From NCBI GenBank assembly GCA_963843575.1, contig CAWJKZ010000019.1, positions 128,001 through 192,000 of the forward strand: a stretch of DNA of 64,000 bases, read 5' to 3'. Of this stretch, positions 11,768 to 22,800 are shown one piece after another. Below the pieces are notes generated by a model that had not been told where the DNA came from, did not search any database, and worked only from the letters and a program-made list of their open reading frames with translations. Position 1 is the stretch's first letter. Each line of letters begins with the position of its first letter. The translations under genes were made by a program, and so were the position numbers. Origin of the DNA: an uncultured Acidobacteriota bacterium (GTDB lineage: Bacteria > Acidobacteriota > UBA6911).

Positions 11768-12313
11768 ATGGGTTCATCCAGCGCAGTCTATCACGGGACT
11801 ACCATCCTGCTCGTCAAACGCGGCGCGCATACCGCGATTGCCGGGGATGGGCAGGTCACGCTCGGCGACGCGATCATAAAACAGACCGCGCGCAAGATCC
11901 GGCGGCTGCACAACGATACGGTCCTGGTCGGTTTCGCAGGGGCTACCGCCGATGCCTTCGCCCTGTTCGCCCGTCTCGAGGCGAAGCTGGACCAGTTCCA
12001 GGGCAAGCTGAGCCGGGCCGCGGTCGAGCTGGCGCAGGAGTGGCGGACCGACCGCGCGCTGCGGCACCTCGAGGCGCTTCTGCTGGCCACCGACGGCGAA
12101 TCGACCTACCTGGTTTCGGGCACCGGAGACGTGATCGAACCGGACGACGGGATCCTGGCGGTCGGTTCGGGAGGAAATTACGCTCTGGCCGCGGCGCGTG
12201 CGTTGCTGCGCCACACCAAGATGAGCGCCAGCCAGATTGCGCTCGAGAGCCTCAAGATCGCAGGCGAGATATGCATTTTCACGAATTCCGAGATCGTCGT
12301 CGAAGAGCTGTGA
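11768..12313 (+). CDS. hslV: ATP-dependent protease peptidase subunit HslV
   Basis: HGTTIL propeptide and catalytic Thr, [16 protein letters not shown] and GSGGNYA. Confidence 0.97.
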   Translation: MGSSSAVYHGTTILLVKRGAHTAIAGDGQVTLGDAIIKQTARKIRRLHNDTVLVGFAGATADAFALFARLEAKLDQFQGKLSRAAVELAQEWRTDRALRHLEALLLATDGESTYLVSGTGDVIEPDDGILAVGSGGNYALAAARALLRHTKMSASQIALESLKIAGEICIFTNSEIVVEEL

Positions 12314-12374
12314 TCGGACCGAAGCTCACCCGCAACGGCCGCCGCGCCGCCGCCACCCGTGACACAGAGAACTG

Positions 12375-13763
12375 ATGCCCCAGAAAACCAGGAGACCGGC
12401 TGCGCGCCGTCGCGGTTTGGACGAGATGACGCCGCGCGAGATCGTGGCCGAGCTCGACAAGTACGTCGTAGGGCAGCACGAGGCCAAAAAGGCCGTCGCC
12501 ATAGCCCTGCGCAACCGCATCCGCCGCCAGAAGCTCGACGAGGAGATGGCCGAGGAGGTCGCTCCGAAAAACATCATCATGATCGGGCCGACGGGCGTCG
12601 GAAAGACCGAGATCGCGCGGCGCCTCGCCCGCCTCGCCAACTCGCCGTTCCTCAAGATCGAGGCCACCAAGTTCACCGAGATCGGATACGTCGGCCGCGA
12701 CGTCGAATCGATGGTCCGAGACCTGGTCGAGATCGCCGTGGACATGGTCCGGCTGGAGAAGATCGGCGAAATCGAGGAGAAGGCGGAGCAGAACGCGGAG
12801 GAACGGCTGCTCGACATCCTCCTGCCCAACCTGCAGCAGGGATCCGACGAAAAGGTGATGACCGATCTGCCCCGCCTCGAACGCGTGCGCGAGAAGCTGC
12901 GGCGCGAACTGCGCGCCGGCCGCCTCGATCACCGCATGATCGAACTCGAGGTCCGCGAGCACCTGTCCAGCCCCCTCTCCCTCCAGGTCTTCGAGGGCTC
13001 CAACATGGAGGAGCTGCAGTTCAACATGCGGGACCTCCTGTCGGGTCTGACGGAAGGGAAGCCCAAGCGGCGGCGCATGCGGGTCGAAGAAGCCGCCGAG
13101 TACATCATGCAGGAGGAAGAGCAGAAGCTGGTCGACATGGAACAGGTGGCTCGTCTGGCGCTCGAGCGGGTGGAGCAGGGGGGCATCATCTTCCTCGATG
13201 AGATCGACAAAATTGCGGGGCGGGAAAGCGGGCACGGCCCCGACGTGAGCCGAGAAGGGGTGCAGCGCGACATCCTGCCGATCGTCGAAGGGACAAACGT
13301 CAATACCCGCTACGGCATGCTTCGCACCGACCACATCTTGTTCATCGCCGCCGGCGCCTTTCACGTCTCCAAGCCCGCCGACCTGATCCCCGAGATCCAG
13401 GGGCGGTTCCCCATACGGGTCGAGATGAATCCGCTCGGCGCCGAGGATTTTGTCCGCATCCTCAAAGAGCCCAAGAACGCGCTGGTGAAGCAGTATACGG
13501 CCCTGATGGCCACCGAAGGGGTAAGGCTGCGGTTTACCGACGACGCCATCCGCGAGCTGTCTAAGGTCGCCCACGCCGTGAACGAGGCCACCGAGAACAT
13601 CGGGGCCCGCCGCCTCCACACCATCATGGAGGCCCTGCTCGACGAGATTTCGTTCAGCGGCACCGAGCTGAGGAACAAGACCGTCACCATCAACGCCAAT
13701 TACGTGCAGAAGAAGCTCGGCGACATCGTGCGGGACAAGGATGTGAGCCGGTACATTCTCTGA
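12375..13763 (+). CDS. hslU: ATP-dependent protease ATPase subunit HslU
   Basis: GPTGVGKT, EATKFTEIGYVGRDVES, DEIDK and NIGARRL. Confidence 0.98.
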   Translation: MPQKTRRPAARRRGLDEMTPREIVAELDKYVVGQHEAKKAVAIALRNRIRRQKLDEEMAEEVAPKNIIMIGPTGVGKTEIARRLARLANSPFLKIEATKFTEIGYVGRDVESMVRDLVEIAVDMVRLEKIGEIEEKAEQNAEERLLDILLPNLQQGSDEKVMTDLPRLERVREKLRRELRAGRLDHRMIELEVREHLSSPLSLQVFEGSNMEELQFNMRDLLSGLTEGKPKRRRMRVEEAAEYIMQEEEQKLVDMEQVARLALERVEQGGIIFLDEIDKIAGRESGHGPDVSREGVQRDILPIVEGTNVNTRYGMLRTDHILFIAAGAFHVSKPADLIPEIQGRFPIRVEMNPLGAEDFVRILKEPKNALVKQYTALMATEGVRLRFTDDAIRELSKVAHAVNEATENIGARRLHTIMEALLDEISFSGTELRNKTVTINANYVQKKLGDIVRDKDVSRYIL

Positions 13764-14869
13764 TGCGCAAAACCGAACGCGCCGCCAGACGGGTCGATCG
13801 CTTTCCGGTTGTTGCCGCGGCGCTCCTGTGCCTGCTCGCCTCGGGTTGCGCCAAGATCGGCGACCCGCAGCCCCCGGTCGTGAACGTCCTGAGGCCCCCG
13901 GGCGATCTCGAAGCCCGTCAGTACGCGGCCCGTGTCGTTCTCAGCGTCACGCTGCCAACCCAATACACGACGGGCGCCTCCGCAACCCACTCGGATGCGG
14001 CCCAGGTGCTGCGAGTCGTCGACCCCGATCGCACCGCGTCGGGGCCGTTGCCGGAGCAAGACTTCCTTGAGAAGGCGACCCCCCTGGCGACCCTGGACCC
14101 GTCCGCCGTGGCCAGGGAAGCAAAAAACGGCCGGCTGGTGGTAGAGGACCGGCTGAATCTCCCCGACCCCGCGGATGTCTACACCCGCGCGTTCCGCTAC
14201 GCGGTCAGGTTCATCAACTCCGGGAACGAAACGGCAGGCCTGTCAAACCAGGTGGTCGTCGCCCCGATTCCCGTGCCCGCCCCGCCCGCCCAGGTCCGTT
14301 TCGATCTCGGCCAGGACCGGATCCGACTGGCTTGGGACCCGCCGTCGAAAAACGTCGACGGGTCTCAGCCGCCCAATGTCGCGGGGTACAACGTCTACCG
14401 CTCGGAGTCCCCCGAAGCCTTCGGCGGCGCGCCGCGCAACGCCAGCCCGCTCCCGGGTCCGGAGTTCGAGGACCGTGAGTTCGAGTGGGACAAGACCTAT
14501 TACTACAAAGTCAGCATCGTGGGGCGAACGGCCGCGCCCTACGCCGAAACGGACGCTTCACCGGCCCTGCAGGTCGAGGCACGCGACACCTTCCCCCCGA
14601 GTGCGCCCGTCAACCTCAACGCGGTCGTGGAATCCGGAGTCGTCTTCCTCCTGTGGTCCGCCCCGCCGCAGGCCGACGTCGCCGGTTATCGGGTGTACCG
14701 AATCCCCGAAGGGGGTACGCGCGAACAGCTCGGGACCGAGCTGGTCAAAGAGCCAAGCTACCGCGACGCGGGTACCCAGGCGGGACGGAAATGCGTCTAC
14801 TTCGTCCACGCCGTGGACACCCACGGCAACGAAGGCCCCGGCGCGGAGACGGCGGTCGCCATCCCCTGA
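13763..14869 (+). CDS. Fibronectin type III domain lipoprotein
   Basis: Lipobox LASGC followed by AKIGDPQPP; FN3 motifs LAWDPP, GYNVYR, DTFPPSAP and AVDTHGNEG. Confidence 0.8.
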   Translation: MRKTERAARRVDRFPVVAAALLCLLASGCAKIGDPQPPVVNVLRPPGDLEARQYAARVVLSVTLPTQYTTGASATHSDAAQVLRVVDPDRTASGPLPEQDFLEKATPLATLDPSAVAREAKNGRLVVEDRLNLPDPADVYTRAFRYAVRFINSGNETAGLSNQVVVAPIPVPAPPAQVRFDLGQDRIRLAWDPPSKNVDGSQPPNVAGYNVYRSESPEAFGGAPRNASPLPGPEFEDREFEWDKTYYYKVSIVGRTAAPYAETDASPALQVEARDTFPPSAPVNLNAVVESGVVFLLWSAPPQADVAGYRVYRIPEGGTREQLGTELVKEPSYRDAGTQAGRKCVYFVHAVDTHGNEGPGAETAVAIP

Positions 14870-14907
14870 ACGCGCGCAGTTGCAGCTCACCCGAGCTAGA
14901 TACAAAA

Positions 14908-15014
14908 CAAGTGGGTCCGGGCTTTAGCCCGGACGTCTTTTGATCGGTGCTATATAGCGACGCCCCCCTATAGTGACCACAAACAGCGTCCGGGCTGAAG
15001 CCCGGACCCACTTG
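14908..15014. repeat. Repeat family A, REP doublet (GTGG-GTCCGGGC-TTCA-GCCCGGAC), copy 1
   Basis: Two inverted palindromic REP units about 100 bp apart; inner spacer related to the copies at 19572 and 24849. Confidence 0.9.
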
Positions 15015-15188
15015 AACTCAGGGAAGGCGCCAATCGTCGGGCAACCTCTTCAGCCTCACAATGAGTTCCTCACCTGGGACGTGTCCGGGCTTGAAGGCCG
15101 GATCCACCTGAAGGCCCCCGCCCGGCACCGCCCCGCACCGTGTGATAGTATGGATATCAAGGATGTATCGGGAAGGGGGGCACCTACA

Positions 15189-15845
15189 ATGAAGTTCTTT
15201 CTGGATACCGCCAACATTGACGAGATCAGGGACGCGGTCGACTACGGGCTCATCGACGGGGTGACGACTAACCCGTCGCTGGTCGCCAAGGAAGGACGCG
15301 ATTTCAAGGACATCCTGCGCGAGATCGCCTCGATCGTCGACGGCCCGATCAGCGCCGAGGTCGTGTCCACCAACAGCGCCGGGATGCTGAGCGAGGCGTA
15401 CGACCTCGCCAAGGTGCACAAGAACATCGTCGTGAAGCTCCCCATGCTCAAGGAGGGGATGAAGGCGCTGAAACAGCTGTCGCGCGACGGCATCCGCACC
15501 AACGTGACGCTGGTCTTCAATCCCAACCAGGCGCTGGTGGCCGCCAAACTGGGCGCCACCTACGTGTCGCCATTCGTCGGCCGGCTCGACGACGTCAGTG
15601 AAGTCGGGATGGGTCTGGTCGCCGACTTGGTCAAGATTTTCCACAACTACAGTTTACCGACCCGGATCCTGGTCGCGAGCTGTCGGCACCCGCTACACGT
15701 CCGCGAAGCGGCCCTCCTGGGCGCAGACGTGGCGACGATGCCCTACAAGGTGCTCGAGCAGCTGCTGAAGCATCCGTTGACCGATGTCGGGCTGGAGCGC
15801 TTCCTCAAGGATTGGGAGAAAGTGCGCCAGCCGACCCACGCATAA
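15189..15845 (+). CDS. fsa: Transaldolase / fructose-6-phosphate aldolase
   Basis: [33 protein letters not shown] and HPLTDVGL. Confidence 0.95.
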   Translation: MKFFLDTANIDEIRDAVDYGLIDGVTTNPSLVAKEGRDFKDILREIASIVDGPISAEVVSTNSAGMLSEAYDLAKVHKNIVVKLPMLKEGMKALKQLSRDGIRTNVTLVFNPNQALVAAKLGATYVSPFVGRLDDVSEVGMGLVADLVKIFHNYSLPTRILVASCRHPLHVREAALLGADVATMPYKVLEQLLKHPLTDVGLERFLKDWEKVRQPTHA

Positions 15846-15888
15846 AACCCAGGCAGGCGGGCAGCTTCCATGCCCGGCGAGTGCCCCG

Positions 15889-17439
15889 ATGGACATAACG
15901 GAGAAACTCAAGCAGCTGGAAGACCTTCATCGACGCGCCGAACTCGGGGGCGGCCCCGAGCGCCTGCGGCGGCAACACGAGGCCTCGAAGATGACCGCCC
16001 GCGAGCGCATCCACCTGCTGCTCGACGAAGACAGCTTTGAGGAGACGGACAAGTTCGTCGAGCACCGCTGCAGCGACTTCGGCATGGCCGGGCAGCGGAT
16101 CCCCGGCGATGGCGTCGTGACGGGCTACGGCCGGATCGACGGCCGGCCCCTGTACGTCTATGCCCAGGATTTCACCGTCTTCGGCGGGAGCCTCAGCGAA
16201 GCCTACGCGGAGAAGATCTGCAAGGTGATGGACATGGCGATGAAGGTGGGGGTCCCCGTCGTCGGCCTGAACGATTCCGGCGGCGCCCGCATCCAGGAGG
16301 GCGTCGTGAGCCTCGGCGGCTACGCCGACATCTTTCTCCGCAACACGCTCGCCAGCGGCGTCGTCCCTCAGATTTCGGCCATCATGGGACCGTGTGCCGG
16401 CGGAGCGGTCTACTCCCCCGCCATTACAGACTTCATCCTGATGGTCAAAAAGACGAGCTACATGTTCGTGACGGGCCCGGACGTGATCCGGACCGTCACC
16501 CACGAGGAGGTCTCGATGGATGACCTGGGCGGGGCCCTGACCCACAACGCGACCAGCGGGGTGGCCCACTTCGCCGTCGCCGACGACCGCGAGTGCCTCG
16601 CTACCATCCGCCAGCTTCTCGGCTATCTCCCGGCCAACAACATGGAAGACCCGCCGGCGCGCCCGTGCGCGGATCCGTGGGACCGGGAAGACGAGCGGCT
16701 CAACACCCTGGTGCCGACGGACCCGAACCAGCCCTACGACGTGAAGGAGATCATCCGCACCGTCGCCGACGCCGGCAGTTTCCTCGAGGTACACAGGGAT
16801 TTCGCCAGGAACATCGTCGTGGGTTTCGCGCGGCTCGATGGCCGGCCGGTCGGGATGGTCGCCAACCAGCCCGCGCACCTCGCCGGCACGCTGGACATCT
16901 CCGCCTCGGTCAAGGCCGCGCGCTTCGTCCGCTTCTGCGACTGTTTCAACATCCCGCTGATCACGTTCGAAGACGTCCCCGGATTCCTGCCGGGCACGGC
17001 GCAGGAGTTCGGCGGCGTCATCAAGCACGGGGCCAAGCTGCTGTATGCCTTCGCCGAGGCGACCGTGCCTAAAATAACCGTGATCACGCGCAAGGCCTAC
17101 GGCGGCGCCTACTGCGTGATGGCGTCCAAGCACATCCGCACCGATTTGAACTTCGCCTACCCCACCGCCGAAATTGCCGTCATGGGGCCCGAGGGGGCCG
17201 TCAACATCCTCTACCGCAACGAGCTGAAGGCTTCGCCCGATCCGGCGAAGTTCCGGGCGAAGAAAGTCGAGGAATTCCGCAGCAAGTTCGCCTCGCCCTA
17301 CATCGCCGCGCAGCGCGGCTTCATCGACGAGGTCATCGAACCCCGGCTGACGAGGCGGAAGCTGATCACGGGGCTGCGCATCCTGGAAACCAAGCGGGAC
17401 ACGAACCCGCCCAGAAAGCACGGGAACATCCCGCTGTAG
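15889..17439 (+). CDS. pccB: Acyl-CoA (propionyl/methylmalonyl-CoA) carboxylase, carboxyltransferase beta subunit
   Basis: [40 protein letters not shown] and RKHGNIPL. Confidence 0.9.
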   Translation: MDITEKLKQLEDLHRRAELGGGPERLRRQHEASKMTARERIHLLLDEDSFEETDKFVEHRCSDFGMAGQRIPGDGVVTGYGRIDGRPLYVYAQDFTVFGGSLSEAYAEKICKVMDMAMKVGVPVVGLNDSGGARIQEGVVSLGGYADIFLRNTLASGVVPQISAIMGPCAGGAVYSPAITDFILMVKKTSYMFVTGPDVIRTVTHEEVSMDDLGGALTHNATSGVAHFAVADDRECLATIRQLLGYLPANNMEDPPARPCADPWDREDERLNTLVPTDPNQPYDVKEIIRTVADAGSFLEVHRDFARNIVVGFARLDGRPVGMVANQPAHLAGTLDISASVKAARFVRFCDCFNIPLITFEDVPGFLPGTAQEFGGVIKHGAKLLYAFAEATVPKITVITRKAYGGAYCVMASKHIRTDLNFAYPTAEIAVMGPEGAVNILYRNELKASPDPAKFRAKKVEEFRSKFASPYIAAQRGFIDEVIEPRLTRRKLITGLRILETKRDTNPPRKHGNIPL

Positions 17440-17505
17440 ACGACTGGGGCTGCCCCACTCCCGCGGCAACTCGTTGGGTGCGGCGATGCCGGAAAACGGA
17501 GCTCG

Positions 17506-19020
17506 ATGTTTCGAAAAGTGCTGGTCGCCAACCGCGGCGAAATCGCGGTGCGGATTGTCCGCGCGTGCCGGGACCTGGGGATCTCACCCGTAGCCGTGTA
17601 CTCCGAGGCCGACCGTGCGGCCCTGCACGTGCGTCTCGCCGACGAGGCCTACCCGATCGGGCCGGCCCCCTCCTCCGAGAGTTACCTGGTCGTCGACAAG
17701 ATCGTGCAGGCCGCGCTGCGCAGCGGGTGCGACGCGGTCCACCCGGGGTACGGCTTTCTCTCGGAGAATCCGCGCCTGGCCGAGGCCTGCCGCGAGGCGG
17801 GCATCGTGATGGTCGGGCCCGGGGCCGCCTCGATGAGGCTGATGGCGACGAAGACCGGGGCCCGCTCGGTGCTGCTGAAGTCCGGCGTCCCCGTCGTTCC
17901 GGGGACCTATCGCTCGCTGAGCTCACTCCCGGAAGCCGTCGCGGAAGCCGGCCGCATCGGCTACCCCGTCATGCTCAAGGCCGTCGCGGGCGGGGGAGGC
18001 AAGGGGATGCGTCTCGTGCGCGACGAGTCGCGGTTGGCAGAGGACTTCGTAGCGGCCAGCTCGGAGGCGTCCAACGCCTTCGGGGACGCTTCCGTTTACC
18101 TCGAGAAGTACATCGCCCGGCCCCGCCATGTGGAAATCCAGGTCCTGGTGGACCGCTTCGGGGACGCCGTGCACCTCGGCGAGCGCGAGTGCAGCCTCCA
18201 GCGGCGCCACCAGAAGGTGCTCGAGGAAAGCCCGAGCCCGTTCCTCGACCCCGAGCTGCGCGAACGCATGGGCTCGGCCGCGCTCGAGGTCGCCCGGGCC
18301 GCCAACTACGAGAATGCGGGGACCGTCGAGTTCCTCATGGACGACGACCGGAACTTCTACTTCCTCGAGATGAACACCCGCCTCCAGGTGGAACATCCCG
18401 TAACGGAAGCGGTCACCGGGCTGGATCTCGTCTGCGAGCAGTTCCGGATCGCTGCCGGCGAACCGCTGTCGGTCCGGCAGGGCGATGTCCGGCACAGGGG
18501 ATGGGCCCTGGAGTGCCGAATCTACGCCGAGGATCCCGAGCGCAATTTCCTCCCGTCCCCCGGCAGGATCGCGCGCCTGGTCGAACCGCAGGGCCCGGGC
18601 GTCCGGGTGGATTCGGGCGTCTACGAAGGGTGGGAAGTCCCGATCCACTACGATCCACTGATCGCCAAGCTCGTGGCGCACGGCGCGGACCGGCCGCAGG
18701 CGATCGCGCGCATGAAGCGGGCCATCGGGGAGTACCGGATCGACGGGATACGAACGACACTCGGCCTCTTCTCCGAACTGCTGCAGGACCCCAGATTCGT
18801 GGCCGGCGACGTCTCGACCGGTTTCATCGAGGAGTTCCTCGGCAGGCGGCCGCTGCGTGCCGCAGGCCGCGCGGTCCCGATCGAGGCGCTCGCAGTGGCC
18901 GCGGCCCTTGCCTACCGGGATGCCGCGAGCGCCCCGGCGCCGGCCAACGGCGCGCAGCGGGAGAGCGCGTGGAAATTCAGTCTGCGGCCGGGTTTGCACC
19001 CGGGCCGCAGACGCGGGTAG
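17506..19020 (+). CDS. accC: Biotin carboxylase subunit
   Basis: ANRGEIA, HPGYGFLSEN, GGGGKGMR, ERECSLQRRHQK and EMNTRLQVEH. Confidence 0.93.
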   Translation: MFRKVLVANRGEIAVRIVRACRDLGISPVAVYSEADRAALHVRLADEAYPIGPAPSSESYLVVDKIVQAALRSGCDAVHPGYGFLSENPRLAEACREAGIVMVGPGAASMRLMATKTGARSVLLKSGVPVVPGTYRSLSSLPEAVAEAGRIGYPVMLKAVAGGGGKGMRLVRDESRLAEDFVAASSEASNAFGDASVYLEKYIARPRHVEIQVLVDRFGDAVHLGERECSLQRRHQKVLEESPSPFLDPELRERMGSAALEVARAANYENAGTVEFLMDDDRNFYFLEMNTRLQVEHPVTEAVTGLDLVCEQFRIAAGEPLSVRQGDVRHRGWALECRIYAEDPERNFLPSPGRIARLVEPQGPGVRVDSGVYEGWEVPIHYDPLIAKLVAHGADRPQAIARMKRAIGEYRIDGIRTTLGLFSELLQDPRFVAGDVSTGFIEEFLGRRPLRAAGRAVPIEALAVAAALAYRDAASAPAPANGAQRESAWKFSLRPGLHPGRRRG

Positions 19021-19034
19021 GAGTCGGAGGGACC

Positions 19035-19532
19035 GTGCACATCGAGATCAGCGCCGGGGAGAGGAGCGTACGGGTGGAGATCCCGCCCCGCGGGCGGACC
19101 GGGCCGGTCCGCATAGGCGACGCCGAGGTCCCCTGCGACTGCGTCCGGCTGCCCGACGGCAGCTACTCGCTCATCTTGGACGGGCACGTCTACGACCTGT
19201 CGGTCGCGGTCGATTCCGATTCCTGTTCCGTGTCCGGCGCGTCGGGCGAGTACAGGGTGCGTCTGGCCGACCCGCGCCGGACCGCCGTGGGAACGCGCCC
19301 CGAAGAGTCCCAGGCAGGAGTCCAGCGGATTCGGGCCGACATGCCGGGGAAGGTGATCCGGATCCTGGTGAAACCGGGGGAACGGGTGGAGTGCGACCAG
19401 GGACTGCTCGTCCTGGAAGCGATGAAAATGCAGAACGAGATCCGCGCCCCCAAAGGCGGGATCGTCAGAGAACTCGGCGTGAGGGCAGGGGGAACCGTCG
19501 GCTCCGGCGACTTTCTCGTCAGCCTCGAGTAG
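19035..19532 (+). CDS. Biotin carboxyl carrier protein
   Basis: GTG start after GGAGG; MPGKV and the biotinylation motif EAMKMQNE. Confidence 0.9.
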   Translation: MHIEISAGERSVRVEIPPRGRTGPVRIGDAEVPCDCVRLPDGSYSLILDGHVYDLSVAVDSDSCSVSGASGEYRVRLADPRRTAVGTRPEESQAGVQRIRADMPGKVIRILVKPGERVECDQGLLVLEAMKMQNEIRAPKGGIVRELGVRAGGTVGSGDFLVSLE

Positions 19533-19539
19533 CCAACAG

Positions 19540-19790
19540 GTGGGTCCGGGCCCGATCCAAACAAGATACACGTGGGTCCGGGCTTCAGCCCGGACGCTTT
19601 TTGCGGTCGCTATAACGTGCGCCCGTCGCGAGATCAGATCAAAAGACGTCCGGGCTGAAGCCCGGACCCACTTGTTTTACGGGCAGGGCGGGTGGTTCAA
19701 CCGTTGGACAGCTTCTTCAGTCCGGACGCCGTTTGCGGTCGCTGTTTTTTGCGGAAACCGTGTCGGACGGCCCTGCAGCCCCGGACTAAG
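19540..19790. repeat. Repeat family A cluster: half-REP at 19540, full doublet 19572-19671, degenerate hybrid copy about 19704-19786
   Basis: gtgggtccgggcttcagcccggacg ... cgtccgggctgaagcccggacccac, followed by ttcagtccggacgccgtttgcggtcgct. Confidence 0.88.
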
Positions 19791-19857
19791 ATTTCGCGAC
19801 GTTCCCAGGGCATCCCGATGCTAAACTGCCGGCACAAACCGGTGCGTGGAGTCCGTC

Positions 19858-22800
19858 ATGAAGAGTCCGGGCGTCCTTTCGCGGCTGGCCAAGTTCGAGG
19901 CCGGCGAATTCACGACCGCCGCCATGATGCTCGCCTACTCGTTCTTCGCGATGGCGAGCTACAACGTCATCAAGCCGGTCACGCGCAGCAAGGTCATCGA
20001 CAACCTGGGTTCGATCAACATCCCGTTCATCCAGCTGGCTGCCGGGATTCTGATCGGTTTCATCATGATCGGCTACGGGTGGTTGATCGGGCGCCTGCCC
20101 CGGCGCTGGGGCCTGCCGATCACCCAGTTCGGCATCGTGGGTCTGCTGATCCTGTTCTGGTTCATGTTCCAGCTGGAGGGCAACTGGGTGTCGGTCGCCT
20201 TCTATCTCCTCGGGACCACCGTCGGGATCCTGCTGATCAGCCAGTTCTGGATCTTCGCCAACCTCATCTACGACCCGCGCCAGGCGAAGCGGTTGTTCGG
20301 TTTCATCGGGGCCGGCGCTCCTCTGGGCGGCTTTGTGGGCTACGCGATCACCGGCCGGTACGCCAAGTCCCTCGGGAGCACGAACCTGCTCCCGATCAGC
20401 GCCGCTTGCATGGCCGTGTGCGCCCTGATCGTCGTGGCGATCATCCGGCGCGAGGGAGTCAGCGGCTTTGCGCCGGTGCGCGCGAAGAAAGGCGTAGGGG
20501 GCAATCATGCGATCGAGCTGCTGCGCGAATCCAAGCACCTGCAGATCATCGCGCTGGTGATCAGCTTCGCGTCGATCGGCGCAGCGGTCGTCGAGCAGCA
20601 GGTCAACATGGCCGCCGAGGCAACCGCCGGGTCCGAGAGCGCCATCGCCGGGTTCCTCGGGACCCTGGGGGCCTGGACCTCCGCGATAGGCTTTGTTATC
20701 CAGATCCTGCTGACCAGCCAGATCCACCGCTTTCTCGGCATCGGATTCGCCCTGATGATCCTGCCGGTCACCCTGGGCACCACCGGGTTTGTGATCTTGC
20801 TGAATGCCGCGCTCTGGGCGCCGGGCCTGGCGCGGGTGCTTGACCAGTCGCTGCGCTACACGGTGGACAAGACGACCCGTGAAATCCTCTTCATGCCCCT
20901 CCCGGCCGAAATCAAGATGCAGGCCAAGCCCTTCGTCGACGTCACGGTCGATCGAGTCGCCAAGGGGGTGAGCGCGCTCCTGCTGCTGGTGCTGGTACAG
21001 CCCTGGGGGCTGCACCTGTCGTGGCAGAAGCTGAGTTATGCCAGCCTTACCCTGACCGTTTTGTGGATCTTCATGGCGGTGCGGGCGCGGCGCGGCTACC
21101 TGGAAGCCTTCCGGCGCAGCATCGAAGCGCACGAGGTCAGACCGGCGGAAATCCGCCTGGCGGTCGCCGACCTCCAGACTGTCGAGATGCTGGTCGAGGA
21201 GCTGTCGGGCACCGAGCCGCGCAGGGTGCTCTACGCCATGGAGATCCTGGAGTCGCTCGGCAAGAATAACCTCGTCACCCCGTTGCTGCTCTATCACGAG
21301 TCGCCCGAGATCCGGGTGCGCGCCCTGTCCATGCTGGGAGGCGCGACCCCGGAGGCCGCGCTGCGGTGGCTGCCGGGCATCCGGCGCCTGCTGAAGGATC
21401 CCGAACCCGAGGTGCGGATGGCTGCCGTCGTGGCGCTGGCTGGCATCGAATCGGTGGACGTGACGGAGATCGTGCGGCCGCTGCTGCGCGAAACGAACTC
21501 GCGCATCGCCATGACGGCCGCCATGATCCTGTCGCGCAGCCGGCGGCCGGAGGACGTGGCCGAGGCCGAACAGGTGCTGCGGGGGCTGGCCGGCGATCCG
21601 CGCGACTCTGCCGTCGAGACCCGCAAGGAGCTCGCGGCTGCCCTGCGGCAAGAACGCACTCCGCGCTTCCGCCGCCTGCTCGTGCCGCTGCTCATGGACA
21701 ACAGCATCGAGGTCGCCCAGGAAGCGCTGCGCAGCGTGCGCCGGATGAGCGACGACGACTGCATCTTCGTGCCGACCCTCGTCGCCCTCTTGCGGAACCC
21801 CCGTCTGAAGGGGGGCGCGCGGGATCTGCTGGTCGACTGCGGCGAGGGCGTGATCGACATCCTCGGGAGTTTCCTGCGCGAGCAGGAGGAAGACCTCGCC
21901 GTGCGCGTGGCCATACCCGGGACGATCGCCCGGATACCGTCTCCCCGGTCGGCGGACGTCCTGCTCGACGCGCTCGGGTATGCCGGCGAGCCGCTGCGGC
22001 GGAGCGTGATCGCCGGCTTGGAGACCCTGAGGCGCCGCAACCCGGACCTGACCTTCAGGCGGGACCCCGTCGCGCAACTCGTCCTCCAGGAGTGCGAGGC
22101 GGCTTCGCGGTACGCCCGTTACGCGGCCTGCTGCGGGCACGACGGCCCCGCCGCGCGGTTGCTCGCCCGAGCCCTCAGGGAAAAGGCGGAACGCAGCGCC
22201 GAACAGGTCTGCCGCCTGCTCGGCCTGGTCTACCCCTGGAAAGACATCGCTGCCGCACGGGTGGCGATCGACAGGGGTGGCGCTTCCAAGGCCCGCGCCC
22301 TCGAGTACCTCGACAACCTCATGCCCTCCGCGCTGCGCCGCCACGTACTTCCGGTGCTTGAAAAATCCTGGGTTGCGGCGGCTCCGACGGACCAGGAGAA
22401 ACGCGCCCAGGTCATGGGCGAGCTGATCCTGGACCCCGATCCGGTGGTTTCCTCGGCCGCGGCCGACTGGGTCTGGTCGGCGCGCTCGGCCGTTCACCGG
22501 CGCGAGCTGGAGCAGGTGCGCTCGGAACAAGGCACGCGAGGCTGGGAGCCGGTCGAAGCGGCGTCGTGGGTGCTCAGGGCCCTGCAGTTGCCCGAGGAGC
22601 GCGTGCACGAACTCTGGGTCGAGCCCTTCCCCACAGTGGAGATCGCCGCCCGGCTGAGCGCGCTCCCTGTCTTTGCCGCAGTCCCGGTGGAGGATCTGTT
22701 CCACATCGCGCGCACCGGGAGGCAGGTGCGCCACGCGCCCGGCTCGACGGTCTACGCCGATGGTGCGGTCGCCGACGAGATTCAGTTCCTGCTCAAAGGG

